A stretch of 64,000 bases of DNA, taken from Felis catus (Eukaryota). Every line of letters starts with the position of its first letter. The stretch's first letter is position 1. Position numbers and translations under genes: made by a program. The notes under the pieces were generated by a model, which saw nothing but the letters and a program-made list of their open reading frames with translations, was not told the DNA's origin and ran no database searches. The DNA lies in the NCBI RefSeq assembly GCF_018350175.1, contig NC_058374.1, positions 28,272,001 to 28,336,000 of the forward strand. Direction: 5' to 3'. This document shows, one piece after another, positions 52,041 through 64,000 of this stretch.

Positions 52041-55000
52041 GGGCCTTCCCTGGCTTCCACCAGTGGTTCTGACAACCACCTGTTACAGCTGACCACAAAC
52101 GAGCTGCATCATGGGAGAAAGGTGTATACAAACCTCAGTTGAGGACGGGGCGGGGGGGGTGGGGGTGTGGGACACCTGCATGGCCAGCACAGACCCCGGG
52201 CCACGCTGCAGCACGAGCCTCACTCTGCTCAAGACCAGCTGATGACCACAGAAGCCAATGTCCCTCCCGCGTCCCCAAGCCTTCCAAAGACAGAGAAAGG
52301 TCTTTGATTAGGCCTCTTCCTGGTTCTGAGGGGGAAGGTTACAGAGGTGTTTGCTCTAACGGCCATCTGGGGAGTCAGGATTTCCTGAGGCTGGGGCAAA
52401 TGCTTCACACTCCTACTCCTCAGGAAATCCGCCCTGAGAGGCAACGAGAAAAAAAACAAAACAAAACAAAAAACGCACCCTTTGGGTCATTGGTCTATTT
52501 TTACTGTGTGTGGCCTGACTTGGTGCTTATGTGCCTGTAGCTCCGTCTACCTGTGAGACCGTCAGCATGATGTGTGTTCACGAAGACGCTCTTAGCATTT
52601 CCGGCTTACCAATGCCGGGGAACTGTCCCCTCGGAGTTCAGACAGTGGTACCAGGTAGTCGGCACGAGAGGTACCAGGTGGGGCAACTTCTGAGAGACAC
52701 CGGTGACTGGCCCAGTGAGCTGTAAGAGAGCATGCCTTTTTTATTCTTCAGTAGCTCAGTGACCAGACCTTTCTCCCACATAGCAACAAACCACCCACTG
52801 AGTCATTCAAAGAGTCCTTGACACATTTATTCAGAAGTAGTTGCAGTTGCTATGTGCAGGGCTCTGTGTTCAACATGGCCTCTCACGGAGATGTCTGAGT
52901 GAAGGAGCAAACAGAACACGGACCTAACACAACAGGGCTCACGGGCGCCTGCGGGAGGAGCTGCCACACTTCATGCAGAGTATGTGACGCCCCCCAAGAA
53001 CGCATCTCAACTGTGTACGTGGAAGTGGCACACAAACACAGAAGGTTGGTTAAGTCAGTCAGCTTAGCGGAGTGGGGGTCACCAAGTGAACCGTGACCAG
53101 CCGGACAAATTCTGGCGTGGGTTCCCATTCCCAGCTATTGTAGGGTGCTAAGAAAAAATGCCTGATAACTTTCTGAGTTTACTTCCATAGGTACAGATGG
53201 GCTGACGGGCACCACCTCGCGGGGCCCGTCGCTGGGTGCCATGGAGGCCGGCGGCCGGCAGAGGGGGCCTCAGGCTCGTCCGGGGAGCTGGCCGCGTGCA
53301 TGGAAAAGCAGTGCCTGTTTGTGCTGAGTGAGCCCAGAACACACTGGAGGGTGAAGTTGATCAGAACACTGTTTGGCTCAGTCCCCACTCGCTGAACTGA
53401 CGGAGCCTTGAGTCCACGATGAAGTCACATACAATGGAAAGTGCCTGGCAATTAACAGAGATTACAAAACCAGAGGAAGGAAACTGCATGCACAAGAGGC
53501 TGACGGGGACCAGAAAGCCCTGCTTTTTCTTAGAGCCAGCATCTGAGACAGTGCCAGGGCCCAGGGGTTTTTGCTGGCCTTTGGAAGCTCTGGCCTGGGT
53601 CTTCTCTTCGTGTCGGGTGGACGCTGGTGATCCTGAAACTGAAATTTCATATAGAGGAAGGGAGGGTGGAGAATCCCAAGAGCCGTTGCCAGGCAGGCTG
53701 GCAGTCCCCCGCCCCCCACCCCCCACCCTGCTGACTTCACCGGGCTAATTGATGACCCATCGCAGACGTTAGGAGCTGGAGCCATTTGGCGCACAGAAGG
53801 GGGACCATGAAGACAAGGCTGAGATCCCTTCTCCAGGGAGTGGTGTCTTCCAAAGGCTGAGATGTGACAGCTTAAGAAAATTAAATGTGACTGCAGCACT
53901 GTGCCTGCATTATCTGGCCCCGGCAGGCAGCCTGCGGCTTCCGCTGCCCTTGGGTCTAGAGATGGTGCCCAGAGGGACAGTAGGACAAGAAAATGCTGTG
54001 ACAGGCTCACATTTAGGAAGGTGCTTGCCCATCCGCTTACCAAACAGACAGTAAAGCGGCCCCTTATCACTCCAACTCAGCTCAGACGAGGCCCTGCCTC
54101 TGAGCCTCACAGGCTGGACACCCGCGGGCAGCAGGGCCTGGTGTCTGCTGGAGAAATGGGCGATTCAGACAGGGGTTCTGTTCCGTCCTCTCAGAGGGGG
54201 CGGGGAGCCTGCACCCTCCTCAGTGGGTATGCGGGTCGTGGGCAGAGCCGTGATGGCGTGGAGAGGGACTGTGCCAGTTACAGGCCGCGGGGACACCGCC
54301 ACACCCCTCTCCCTGCCCCTTCCCAGCTAGGCCAGGAGGGGCACGAGGCCCTGGCTGTCTGCACTCATGACCTTCTCAGGTGTGGCTTTACTGGAAAGTC
54401 CCAGAGCCACTGTGGAGCAGAAAACGGCTGCTGTGCCCAGCTCTTCCCCACCCCCTGAGGGATGGCGCTGGAGCCGCCGCCGGCTGGGCCCTTTTGCTGG
54501 GGATATTATGGAGATAATAATCATTTATTCACCACTCATAAAAACGATCCGTGGTCCATGAGGACTCAGAGCTGAGCCTATGAGCATCAGGCAGCAGGCC
54601 TAATCAGAAATTCAATATTCTCTACCTTTCCTTTCTATTAACGATCAGAGCGCTCCCGGAGCTGCGCCCCAGGCTTTCCCTGCAACCCGCTGAGCCCAGG
54701 AATGGGGCTGGGCGCGTGCTGTAGGTTGGGCCAGCCCTCCGCCTTCCTGGCCGCCCCCTCCACAGCCTCCAGGCCTCCCTTCCAGGTGGCTCCCCGCCCT
54801 GCTGCGGCCACGTGGCCATGTCTCCTCTATCTCATTTCCACACCTGCCCTAGCCGCTCTTCTCCCACCTGCGTGGCCACCTCCTTATAGACCATCCAGTT
54901 CTTTTAAACAAATCTGGGCTGTTTTTTTTTTTTTTTTTTTTTGAGGGTGCTTGTAGGTAAATGAAAGTCAGGTCTAAGGGAAAAACTATTAGCTATTTTT

Positions 55001-58000
55001 GCATGCCTTTCTTAATTACTTTTCAAGAGACTGTTTCACCACTTGTCCAGGCCGCCAGGGCATAATTGCAAAGGAGATAAACTAGGCACCACTCTCTGTC
55101 TTTCTCCTTTCTTTCCTCCTGCTTGTCAGCAACCCCAAGAGCCCTAGTCCTACAGGAAGCTGGTCCGTAAACTCTTGATAGCACACCCTTCCTGGGGGAA
55201 TTGGCACTTCACAGGACAGGAGACACCCCCTCCCCCAGCTCCGACGAACAAAACCAGTACTTCTAGAATGGAGAGCAGCCGGGCACTGGTTCCTGGGTCC
55301 CTCACATCACAGCGTTCAGAACATCCTGGAGGCCTCTGTTGTGGGCCCACTGGCAATGCCCGCCCACCTGCTTCTGTCTGCACTCTTCCATTGGCCTCTC
55401 CCTGCTGGCTGGGAGGTTGCCCTCCTTCCCTCCTCCTCCCTGCCTGCAGCCCGAAGATGGGGTACCCTGCTTTTACCTCAGTCTTGGTCTCCAGAGAGCC
55501 CTCCCGCGCATGTGGGTAATGAAACCCTAAGACCGCAGGTCGCAGTTTAGGAAAGGCCCCATGCATTGTGAGAGAATGCCCCCTTCCCTCCTGCTCTGCA
55601 AGGCCAGAATGTGTTCTCTGAAATCCTGGGCACCTCACCCCGTTCCCCTGGGCCTTAGAGGGACGTTTGGAGGGTCTATGGGCAGTCCCACCCAGTCGAC
55701 GTGCTTACTGAAAACAGAGGCCTCTGATCTGCCCGCCGGAGGCAGGGATCTAGCGGGGGAGTCGGGGTGTTTGGGAAAGGGGCCGCAGAGGAGGGGCAAA
55801 CGCATGCCAGGCATGTGCAGATTCCACCGCCGAGCTCTGAACGTTTGCAGCTCATGGGAAAATGCCAGCGCTGTTTACCCAGCGGTCACCTGACCGTGGA
55901 CCCACATGTACGAACCACATGGTGATCTTTGCAGGGAAATTCATGCAGCAGCACGAGATGCAGAAGAGCTTAAGCAGGCAGCAGGACCTACCATGGCCTG
56001 GCTCCTATCCGGTGGCTGGCACGGGATGAAGGGTCCTTACTCACGGGCTCATGTGGCCACGCCTACTACAGGTGCTGCACCTGCGCAGCCCGGGGGGACG
56101 CCGACAGAGTGGTCGCCATGGGGATTGCCTTCCACCTCGCTGAAGCTTAAGGTCTGCTGACGATCTCACTCCCAGCAGGCTCCTCTGGGTAAGCTCCGAG
56201 CTGCTCTGAAGAGGGGACAAGAGGAAAGTTGAGCCAATCGCGAAAGCCTGTGAGAAGCTGCCTACTGTTTTCGGGGTTGTTTTCTGGCGCCCTGCCACCC
56301 GCGCATGCACCGCCGCCTCTCGTGACTCTTCCTCGGGGGTCTCGCTGAAGGGGAGACTTGGCTCGGAGACTGCCAGCACCCCTCCTCCGGTCCAGCATTC
56401 TCACGCCTATTTAACCGGCTCAGGGAGGGGCGATGGGGGAGGGGGCGTCAGTGTTATTTCGGGTCTTATTTTCCAGAGGCTACAGGCAAGTTGGGCGGGA
56501 ACATGGAGACCTCAGCATACCTGCGAGGAACAATAAACAAAGGCCGTCCAGAATGTGTTTTCCTTTCTCTCTGGGCTTCTCAGTTTGCTGCGTGAAGCTA
56601 ATGGAGGAACAGTGTGCTGCCGCTCCGTTTGGCCTGTTTGCCCACACACGCTCCCTGCTTCCCTAAAAGTCAGAAAGGAAAGACCAAAAAACGTGCAAAA
56701 ATTAGTGCTTTGGGTTCAGGAAATCCCACCTCCTGGAACCAATGGGTTAATATGGGGCCCACTGATCAATTCCAGCTGTTCTACTGTGTGCTCTGAGGCA
56801 CGGCCGGAGGCCATGCAATCAGTGTTGGAATGGGTAAAAAGGAGAGTATCTTGGGCCGTTTCATTTTTGTTCCTGTTTCCCCGTGGGCCTGTGCTAAACT
56901 TTCAACTCCTTGCCTCAGCTTGGATGGGCTGGTGTAAAATTACTTTCCAAAGAAACCAGGAGAACAGTTCGTGTGAAGAAGGTGTGGGGCAGATGGGTTT
57001 GGCCGGCACTTGACAGAGAACGTGGTTCCACTCTGGGCTGGGCCTGCCCGCCCCAGGCTTGCCCTGAATGAGTCCCAGCTGTGCAGCTTCTGGCCCGCTG
57101 GCTGCCTCCCGCCCCCTTTGTCGGGGGGGGGGGGGGCAGAGAAGAACCCCTCCCCTCGTGAGTGGGGCATCCGGGAAACAGGCGGGAGAACAGGTGGGCC
57201 ACAGCCAGATGCAGGCTCTGCACCAGGAGGCCCCGCCAAGTCCTGAGAGCCTGTGTGGCTCCTCAAAACCAAGGCAGCATTAGCGCATTATGGAAGCAAG
57301 TAATCTGGAAAGCAAACACCATGTCAGAAGAGAAGAAACCACGGAGCATTAGGAAGCGCTGAGAACCGTCTAGGGCTTCAGGTTCGTGTCATTAACTTCT
57401 CGGCCTCCTTAGCCAGAACCAGCACCAAGAGTCTTGGAGTTTCTAAAAGGAGGAGGCAGATGAGAGTTCCAGGCAGTGTGGGCCTTAAGTACACCCTGTT
57501 TCTCTCCTTAGATTAAGAAGTTGAAGTGAGGATCTGAAGGCCCCTTTCAGGTCGGATCTTTCTAAGAGTGCCTAAACTTGGCAGTGATGCATTTTACTAA
57601 TAAGCAGCTTTCTCCAAGATGCGGGAACACATAATAGCTTCCCCTCGGCTAGTATTCGGAGCACTGGTGTCCCCAGAAATAAGAGGGTTGGACGCCAATG
57701 AATCCAGCAAACACTATTTGTAATGTTAGTCCATAGACAAATGGGTGCTCAGAGCTGAGGGAATTTTGTTTGAACAATTTCTAAGCAATGCCTCGTAAAT
57801 AACCACTCAACAAAAAACTTAAGTCCGTCACGCATCTATAAAAAATCTCTATGGAGTGCCCTTCAGATCATCGCTCTTTCAAATGTTCACAGAACTGAGT
57901 CTCTCGAAGGTCTCAACTGGTCGCTTGGAGGCCATAGCTTAGCATGAAGGTCTAAGGGTTTCCACCTGAATCCACCTCTCTGAGGAGGGAAGCAAGAAGA

Positions 58001-58900
58001 ATCCCCTGATCTGGGGCCCCCACTTTAAGTTAACTTGGGTGGATCCAGGTAATCAAACCCACCCATCACTCCAAAACTGACTTGAAACAGTAATGCACCA
58101 GAGGATTACAACCAGAGGTTGGTTACTCTCTGGCCTTCAAAGGAGGACCATGGATCCCCTATGATGCTGAAAAAACATAAACAGTTCTTTAATGGCTGAT
58201 CTTGGCTCTACATGGAAGACTTTAGAATCCCAGCGAAGAATTTCCTAAGCATAGCTCTGTGGTGCAGAGCGCGATTGAAATCCTTATTCGTGTCCTCCCC
58301 TCATGGAGTTGACCGTCTAGCAGGGGATGCATTGCTAACTGTAAACAGGTTGCCAATAACCGACTCCCGGGAAAATGGGGAAGAGACCAGATCGTTGCTT
58401 GGCTGAGGGCTCAGAGGTAGGATTGTGAGCCACAGTGGGAAAATTGCTAGCGAAATTATTACTTGAAGCCACCTGAAATGAAGTGCCCACTGAGGGCAGG
58501 GCTTGGGGGACTGGGCTGGATCTGTCGCAGAATGGTGTTCAGGGCATGAAGGACGCAAGGGTTATAGGGCAGGGTGGCTGCCGATAATGGAACTGGACAG
58601 TCAGAGAGGAAAACAAAGTCAAATCATTAGTTTTGTCTCTCAAGGCATGGGCTGAAATCCAGGGCTTAACTCTTGAGAGACTGAGGCACAGAGGCTGAGG
58701 CCACTGAGAAATTGCCATGGCAGTGGCAGTTTCATGACTCCAGGGTGGCCAGGACAAGGACCCGCTGGGTGGTAAGTCAGCAGCTGCAGTGGGACCAGGT
58801 CCCCGTATGGTCACCTTGCTACCCACCCTCCTTCCTTGTTGCTGCCCTTTCCAGAGTCCACAGATGTCCACACATTCTGCAAGCTACCTCCTGTCTTTTA

Positions 58901-59340
58901 TTTTATTTATTTATTTTTTATTTTTTTTTATGAAATTTATTGACAAATTGGTTTCCATACAACACCCAGTGCTCATCCCAAAAGGTGCCCTCCTCAATAC
59001 CCATCACCCACCCTCTCCTCCCTCCCACCCCCCATCAACCCTCAGTTTGTTCTCAGTTTTTAAGAGTCTCTTATGCTTTGGCTCTCTCCCACTCTAACCT
59101 GTTTTTTTTTTCTTCCCCTCCCCCATGGGTTCCTGTTAAGTTTCTCAGGGTCCACATAAGAGTGAAACCATATGGTATCTGTCTTTCTCTGTATGGCTTA
59201 TTTCACTTAGCATCACACTCTCCAGTTCCATCCACGTTGCTACAAAAGGCCATATTTCATTTTTTCTCATTGCCACGTAATATTCCATTGTGTATATAAA
59301 CCACAATTTCTTTATCCATTCATCAGTTGATGGACATTTA
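58901..59340 (-). mobile_element. Young 5'-truncated L1_Fc (3' UTR and poly(A))
   Basis: AAATTGGTTTCCATACAACACCCAGTGCTCATCCCAA feline L1 3' end; perfect 16-bp TSD TACCTCCTGTCTTTTA (58885, 59341). Confidence 0.95.
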
Positions 59341-59789
59341 TACCTCCTGTCTTTTAAAAAGGGATTGAAATGAAATTCCTTTTCTGTAGAAACTCACCAG
59401 AGCCCATTTCTGTGCTTGAAATCCCCAAACTGGATATTCCATTAAATGCTACAAACATTTAAAAAGACTTAAGGGCGTGTAGCAACCAGCCCCCGTCATA
59501 GGGGTAAGTCATGGGAATGTCATATAATTTGCCGTAGACTTTATGAACAACTATCTCCAGGGCTGGGCTACAATCAGGCCAGAAGTTCTCTTACATACCT
59601 CCTGTGGGTCCGAGCTTCAGTATGCCCTTTGGTGGACACAGAGGTAGCTGACCATACCTCTCTCCAAGTGCCGTTTACTCCGGTGAGTAAAATAGACTTA
59701 TACGTATGAAACTGGAAAACACTCAGTCACCACATAACCAAATGAGAGGCACCAGGTGGTGGGTCTTCTTTTTAGACTCAGGACTTCTT

Positions 59790-60018
59790 TTTATTTTACT
59801 TATTTTTTTTAAATGTCTCTTATTTTTGAGAGAGAGAACACACACACACACACTCATGAGCAGGGAAGGGGCAGCGGGGGACGGGGGCGGACAGAGGATC
59901 TGAGGCAGGATCTGCACTGACAGCAGAGAGCCCGACGTGGGGCTTGAACTCATGAACCATGAGATGGTGACCTGAGCCAAAGCCGGACGCTCAGCTGACT
60001 GAACCACCCGGACGCCCC
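59790..60018 (-). mobile_element. Feline CAN-SINE
   Basis: Tail, GA/CA tract, ...GAaCCACCCgGaCGCCCC; degenerate TSD tcaggacttctt/tcaggatttgtt. Confidence 0.9.
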
Positions 60019-61749
60019 TCAGGATTTGTTTTTGTGTGTATTTCAGGACCATTTTATGTGTATACTTGTACGTGGAAGGGATCTCCTATGTGTCAACTCT
60101 TAGATTCTCAGAGCTGGAAAGAACTGAAATTCATCTAGCCAGCAAATCATGTATCCCATCTAGCTGTAATTGTACATATCTTCTGAGTCGCCTGAAGTGC
60201 TTTCTAGAAGAAGGTGGGTGTAAATAAACACCATCAATAAAAAAGAGTAAACGATTCTGCACACGTTTGCTATTCCTTTGCGGAAGAGCCAGGCTGAGCC
60301 TCACGAGGCTGGGGAATTGGGGTCAGAAGGCAAAGATGGGCAGGACAGGGTCGCGTAGCAAGATGTGACATAGACCCCAGACGACGCAGGTTCCTATGTG
60401 AACCCTGACCCAGCACAGGGAGCAAGGACAGCAGGTGAGGCAGGCTTCGGAAGGCACCCTGTCACCTAGTCAGTGTCCGATGGAGATGGTCACTGAGGAA
60501 GGGGACCGCCCAGGTGCCAAGGACACGCTGGCAGTGAACTGGAGAGGGAATTAGCAGTGGCAGTTTCTACCCCGAACAAGTGGACTCCACAGACTTCCTC
60601 TCTCGTTTTTAGGAACACCAGCTGCCCACCTAAGGAAGCGTGACCCTCCTGAGGCCTGCAGGACACTGAACCTGGAACAGAATGTCTACCCTCCCTTCTG
60701 TAGATCCCCCCCCCAAAGTGGGGTTACAATTGGAAACGGCCTCAAAGTGGCCCTCAGAGCATAAGATAGTAGCTCTGGGTTAAAAGGATTCTTGTATGAA
60801 GACATTGTAAACTTTTTTTTTTTTGATGACCTTTTTTCTCTTCTTTCTTTTCTTTTTTTTTTTTTTTTTTTTGACGAACTTTGTTTTCCTTTTTCACAAT
60901 TAGAGGGAGGAGGAGAATCCTGTTCCCGTTATGGTACAGCTGTCCTTCCTGGTGCCATCAGCAAGGGTTTCTGGTGCCTCCAGCCAACATGAACCCAGTC
61001 TGATTTGGTGTGGTTTGCCGACTGCCTAGGCATAGCCCCTACTCCCTCGGGCCGTCCCGGGGAGCCCCCTGCGCACCCAGACACACCCAGAAAAGAAAAG
61101 GGCTGCGGAGCAGAAGTGCTATCCAGCCCCGCCCTCCACAATTCTCGGATTCAGCCATCCTCAGCAGACGGACTTTTCCAGAAGTTCCAAAAGGCCCACC
61201 GGAGGTTTTATTTTGTTTTTCAACAATTACCAAGGCAAAGAAAAATAAATCAACCGGAGTAAAAGCAGAAATCCCTACTCCCTGAAACACATGCAAAGCA
61301 AACAGTGGAACGATACGCACTTTCTTACAGGCAGGACATACCCGGCCCGAGAGCTGTTAAAGGTCCAGAGCTGGTGTAGTTGGCCTGGTGGACATTTTCT
61401 TGAGCTCTGCGCAATTCCCCACGCCTGTTCTTCGTTGAATAGCCTTGCTCATGAATGCAGGTCTGGAAATTAAAATATATGCATCCCAAAGGGCAACTTT
61501 CAAATTACCTAGTCAGGGTGTTACACAACTACTGGTTTTCAACAAGCCGAGCTGAGGCTGCTCAACACCAACCCGGTGCTGTTAGAATGGCTCAGGCCTG
61601 TAAACGGTCAGCTACACCCAGAATGCCTGTAAGTGGTAACTCAAGTCCCCAGATTGTTGTTAACGACCACTGCGTATAGTCCAGGGACAGCACCAGGAGG
61701 GGGCTCGTTTAAAACTCTCCAAAGACGTCCTTTGTTAAAAATGTATTCT

Positions 61750-61962
61750 TTAAAAAAATTTTTTTCTTTAAACATTTATTTTTGAGAGAGCACCAGCAGG
61801 GGAGGGGCAGAGAGAGAGAGAGAGAGAGAGAGAAAGGGAGACACAGAATCCAAAGCAGGCTCCAGGCTCTGAGCTGGCATGGAGACTAACACGGGGCTCG
61901 AACCCACAAACCGTGAGATGGTGACCTGAGCAGAAGTCGGACAGTTAACCGACCGGGCCACT
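61750..61962 (-). mobile_element. Feline CAN-SINE (slightly 5'-truncated)
   Basis: Degenerate TSD taaaaatgtatt/taaaaatctatt. Confidence 0.9.
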
Positions 61963-62934
61963 CTAAAAATCTATTATTGTAAAAGTCTGTGGGGTGTGTG
62001 TGTGTGTCGTTTGAAGTTTCCCTGATTTTCCAGTAACGAATTTCTCTTCCAAGGCCTACCTAAAAGATCACCTCTCACGGTAGGATCCACTAATACAAAA
62101 ACCGGTCTTACAAAATACGTAATATGTCACTGGAGAAATCCTAAAAGATTAGCTACGTGCCGACAATATTTGTTCACTGGATAACAGGTGTGAGTTGGGG
62201 TCTGGGGGTGAGGTTCGGCAGTAAGTGACTACAGTGGGATGAGGTGGTGCCCCAGGTGAGTGAGTGGCCTCACGTCACTCCCAGGCTTGGGATGAGACCA
62301 GAGCAGCTGAAGACGGAGGCTGGCCCGGGGAGGCACAGAGGCAGGGGCGCCCGGCTCCAGACGGGCCCCCGGCTCCTGTCGGGAAGGTGGGAACTGCTAG
62401 CTGCCCACCCAGACGCGTGCGTGCTCTGACCCGGCCCTCCAGGTAGAAGCAGGAGGGGTGCAGAGAGAGGGGCTCTTCCTGAAATGTTCTGGTCTGCGTG
62501 GTTAAGAGGCAGCTTGCTCCAGACGCTACCTTCATACGCTGCGTAGTCAAAGCACATGTGGCAAAATGGAGTCCGCTGGGCACGAAGTCTCCAATGTTTA
62601 CATTTGAGGAAACTTCACATTTGAACACTATTTCCCAAGTCATATTTTCCCCTAAGACGGTGGGGCCTTGGGAAGGAAAGGGGGAGAGAGGAAAACTGGC
62701 TGGACCGAACTGCAGGGAAATCTAAGACTGTTATGGAAGAACCACAGAGCCTTCCAAGCTTTGAAGTGTACCAGCTGGGGAAGATGACGCCTCAAAATGG
62801 GATCAAACATTGCAAGTTCAAAATGAATGCTAGATTTACTGGAAGCTGAACTTACAAGCTTAAGAAAGACTGGGTCTTGTAATTTCCTAATTTTAATAGA
62901 TCAAATACTCCTTTAAAAATATGGTCCAGCTGAC

Positions 62935-63143
62935 GGGTGCCTGGGTGGCTCAGTCGGTTGAGCATCCAACTCTTGATTTTGGCTCAGGTCACGATCCCAG
63001 GGGTTGTGGGATCGAGCCCCATGTCGGGCTCTGCCCTGAGCATGTAGCCTGCTTGAGATTCTCTCCCTCTGCCCCTCTGCCCCTCTCCCCTGCTCACATG
63101 CTCTCTCTCTCTCTCTCTCTCTCTCAAATTAAAAAATAAAAAA
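62935..63143 (+). mobile_element. CAN-SINE (older subfamily)
   Basis: GGGTGCCTGGGTGGCTCAGTCGGTTGAGCATCCAACTCTTGATTTT; TSD ending gtccagctga. Confidence 0.92.
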
Positions 63144-63739
63144 TACAGAGTCCAGCTGAGTCACGTAAGGCCCTGTGGCCCTGCCGTGCCCACAGGGAAC
63201 TGATGAGGTGTGGGGGAGGGGCAGGAACAGCTTCCTCCCACCCCAGGTCAGACCCTGACGGCCAGTTCAAAGGCCTGAGTAGGAAGCTATTTTGGAATTC
63301 TCATCCAAATGAGCCCCAACCGAACCCACATCAGAGCTCTCAGCTGGAGCCCGGGGCCTAACTGGCATCTAGCAGACAGCCCGCTGGGTTCACAGCCCCT
63401 AGGAGGAGCCCTTGTGGTAACTGGCCTCCTTCACTTTCCTGTCACAGGCCCTGGAACTGATTAGCAGGACATGAGTAATTTACCCATTAGACCACCTCAG
63501 AAGCAGGTGGGGTGCAGAAGGCAGTGGGCAGAGACAAATAAAAGTCTCCATTTTCACTCTGTGAAGGCAGCACTTAGGCGAAATGAGGGGGTTTTTAGCT
63601 GTCTTTGAAATGAAACCTGGGAGAACGAACTTCAGCCTTTTTGTTGGCAAAGGAAAGGCCTGTGGCTGCCTCTGTGCTCCCACCCCTACAATTAGGCCAG
63701 AGGCCACGCTGCTTCCTGAAACGAGAGCTGCAGTTTAGG

Positions 63740-64000
63740 CCCTAGCTCCGGGCCGGACACGTCTGCCACCGTGGCGTGGGAGGGACAGGACAGCTCACTG
63801 AGGCAGCACGGGGAGAGTGTGCAGCGATGCCGGTGGGCACGGCGCTGGCCCCGCTCCAAACCCGGGGGACCCACGCGGCGCTGCTCCCGGAGAGTGGTCC
63901 GGGCGGGGTCCCCGGGCGCCATCTGGAAGGTCGGCGAGGCCGACCCCAGGGCGAGCAGGCTCTCCGGTGCAGTCCCAACACCAGGAGCCCCGAGCAGCCT
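63740..64000. promoter_or_regulatory. CpG-rich segment at the window edge (possible start of a CpG island)
   Basis: High GC with dense CpG, GC box GGGCGGGG at 63901, no repeat signature; cut off by the window end. Confidence 0.45.

Noticed and set aside
53462-54458. 202-aa and 185-aa overlapping opposite-strand ORFs
   Set aside because: Expected by chance in GC-rich DNA; no domain signature
57321-57362. Micro-ORF MSEEKKPRSIRKR with ACCATG context, resembling a SUMO N-terminus
   Set aside because: Only 13 codons; similarity stops after 5 residues and no pseudogene body follows
62237-62270. Strong donor GGTGCCCCAG|GTGAGTG resembling the end of the SVIL exon at 7516-7532
   Set aside because: The match is short and mostly splice consensus; upstream sequence has no SVIL-like coding

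Overview
Mammalian genomic DNA, almost certainly a felid: it carries feline CAN-SINEs (SINEC_Fc type) and a young L1_Fc 3' end. Bases ~1-20,750 hold the 3' part of the supervillin gene (SVIL) on the + strand. Eleven coding exons with GT-AG introns and consistent phases splice to 1,690 nt, about 562 aa of C-terminal gelsolin/villin-like repeats plus the villin-type headpiece. The stop is TGA at 19831-19833, followed by a ~0.9 kb 3' UTR with several poly(A) signals. The remaining ~43 kb shows no recognisable protein-coding gene. It is made of SINEs, a decayed ~6 kb L1, older L1M/L2/MIR fragments, solo LTRs, hAT DNA-transposon relics and repeat-poor stretches with candidate regulatory motifs (perfect CArG box, strong CTCF site, AP-1/TEAD cluster, promoter-like cluster, CpG-rich right edge). 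Almost all ORFs in the supplied track are spurious or repeat-derived. I found no new biological system. The best leads are two SINEs inserted into the same target site, an inverted-SINE layout that could control editing or back-splicing of SVIL, a stop-free last intron, a double-hairpin scar and the downstream regulatory candidates. Coordinates and family names of old repeats are approximate and were assigned by eye.
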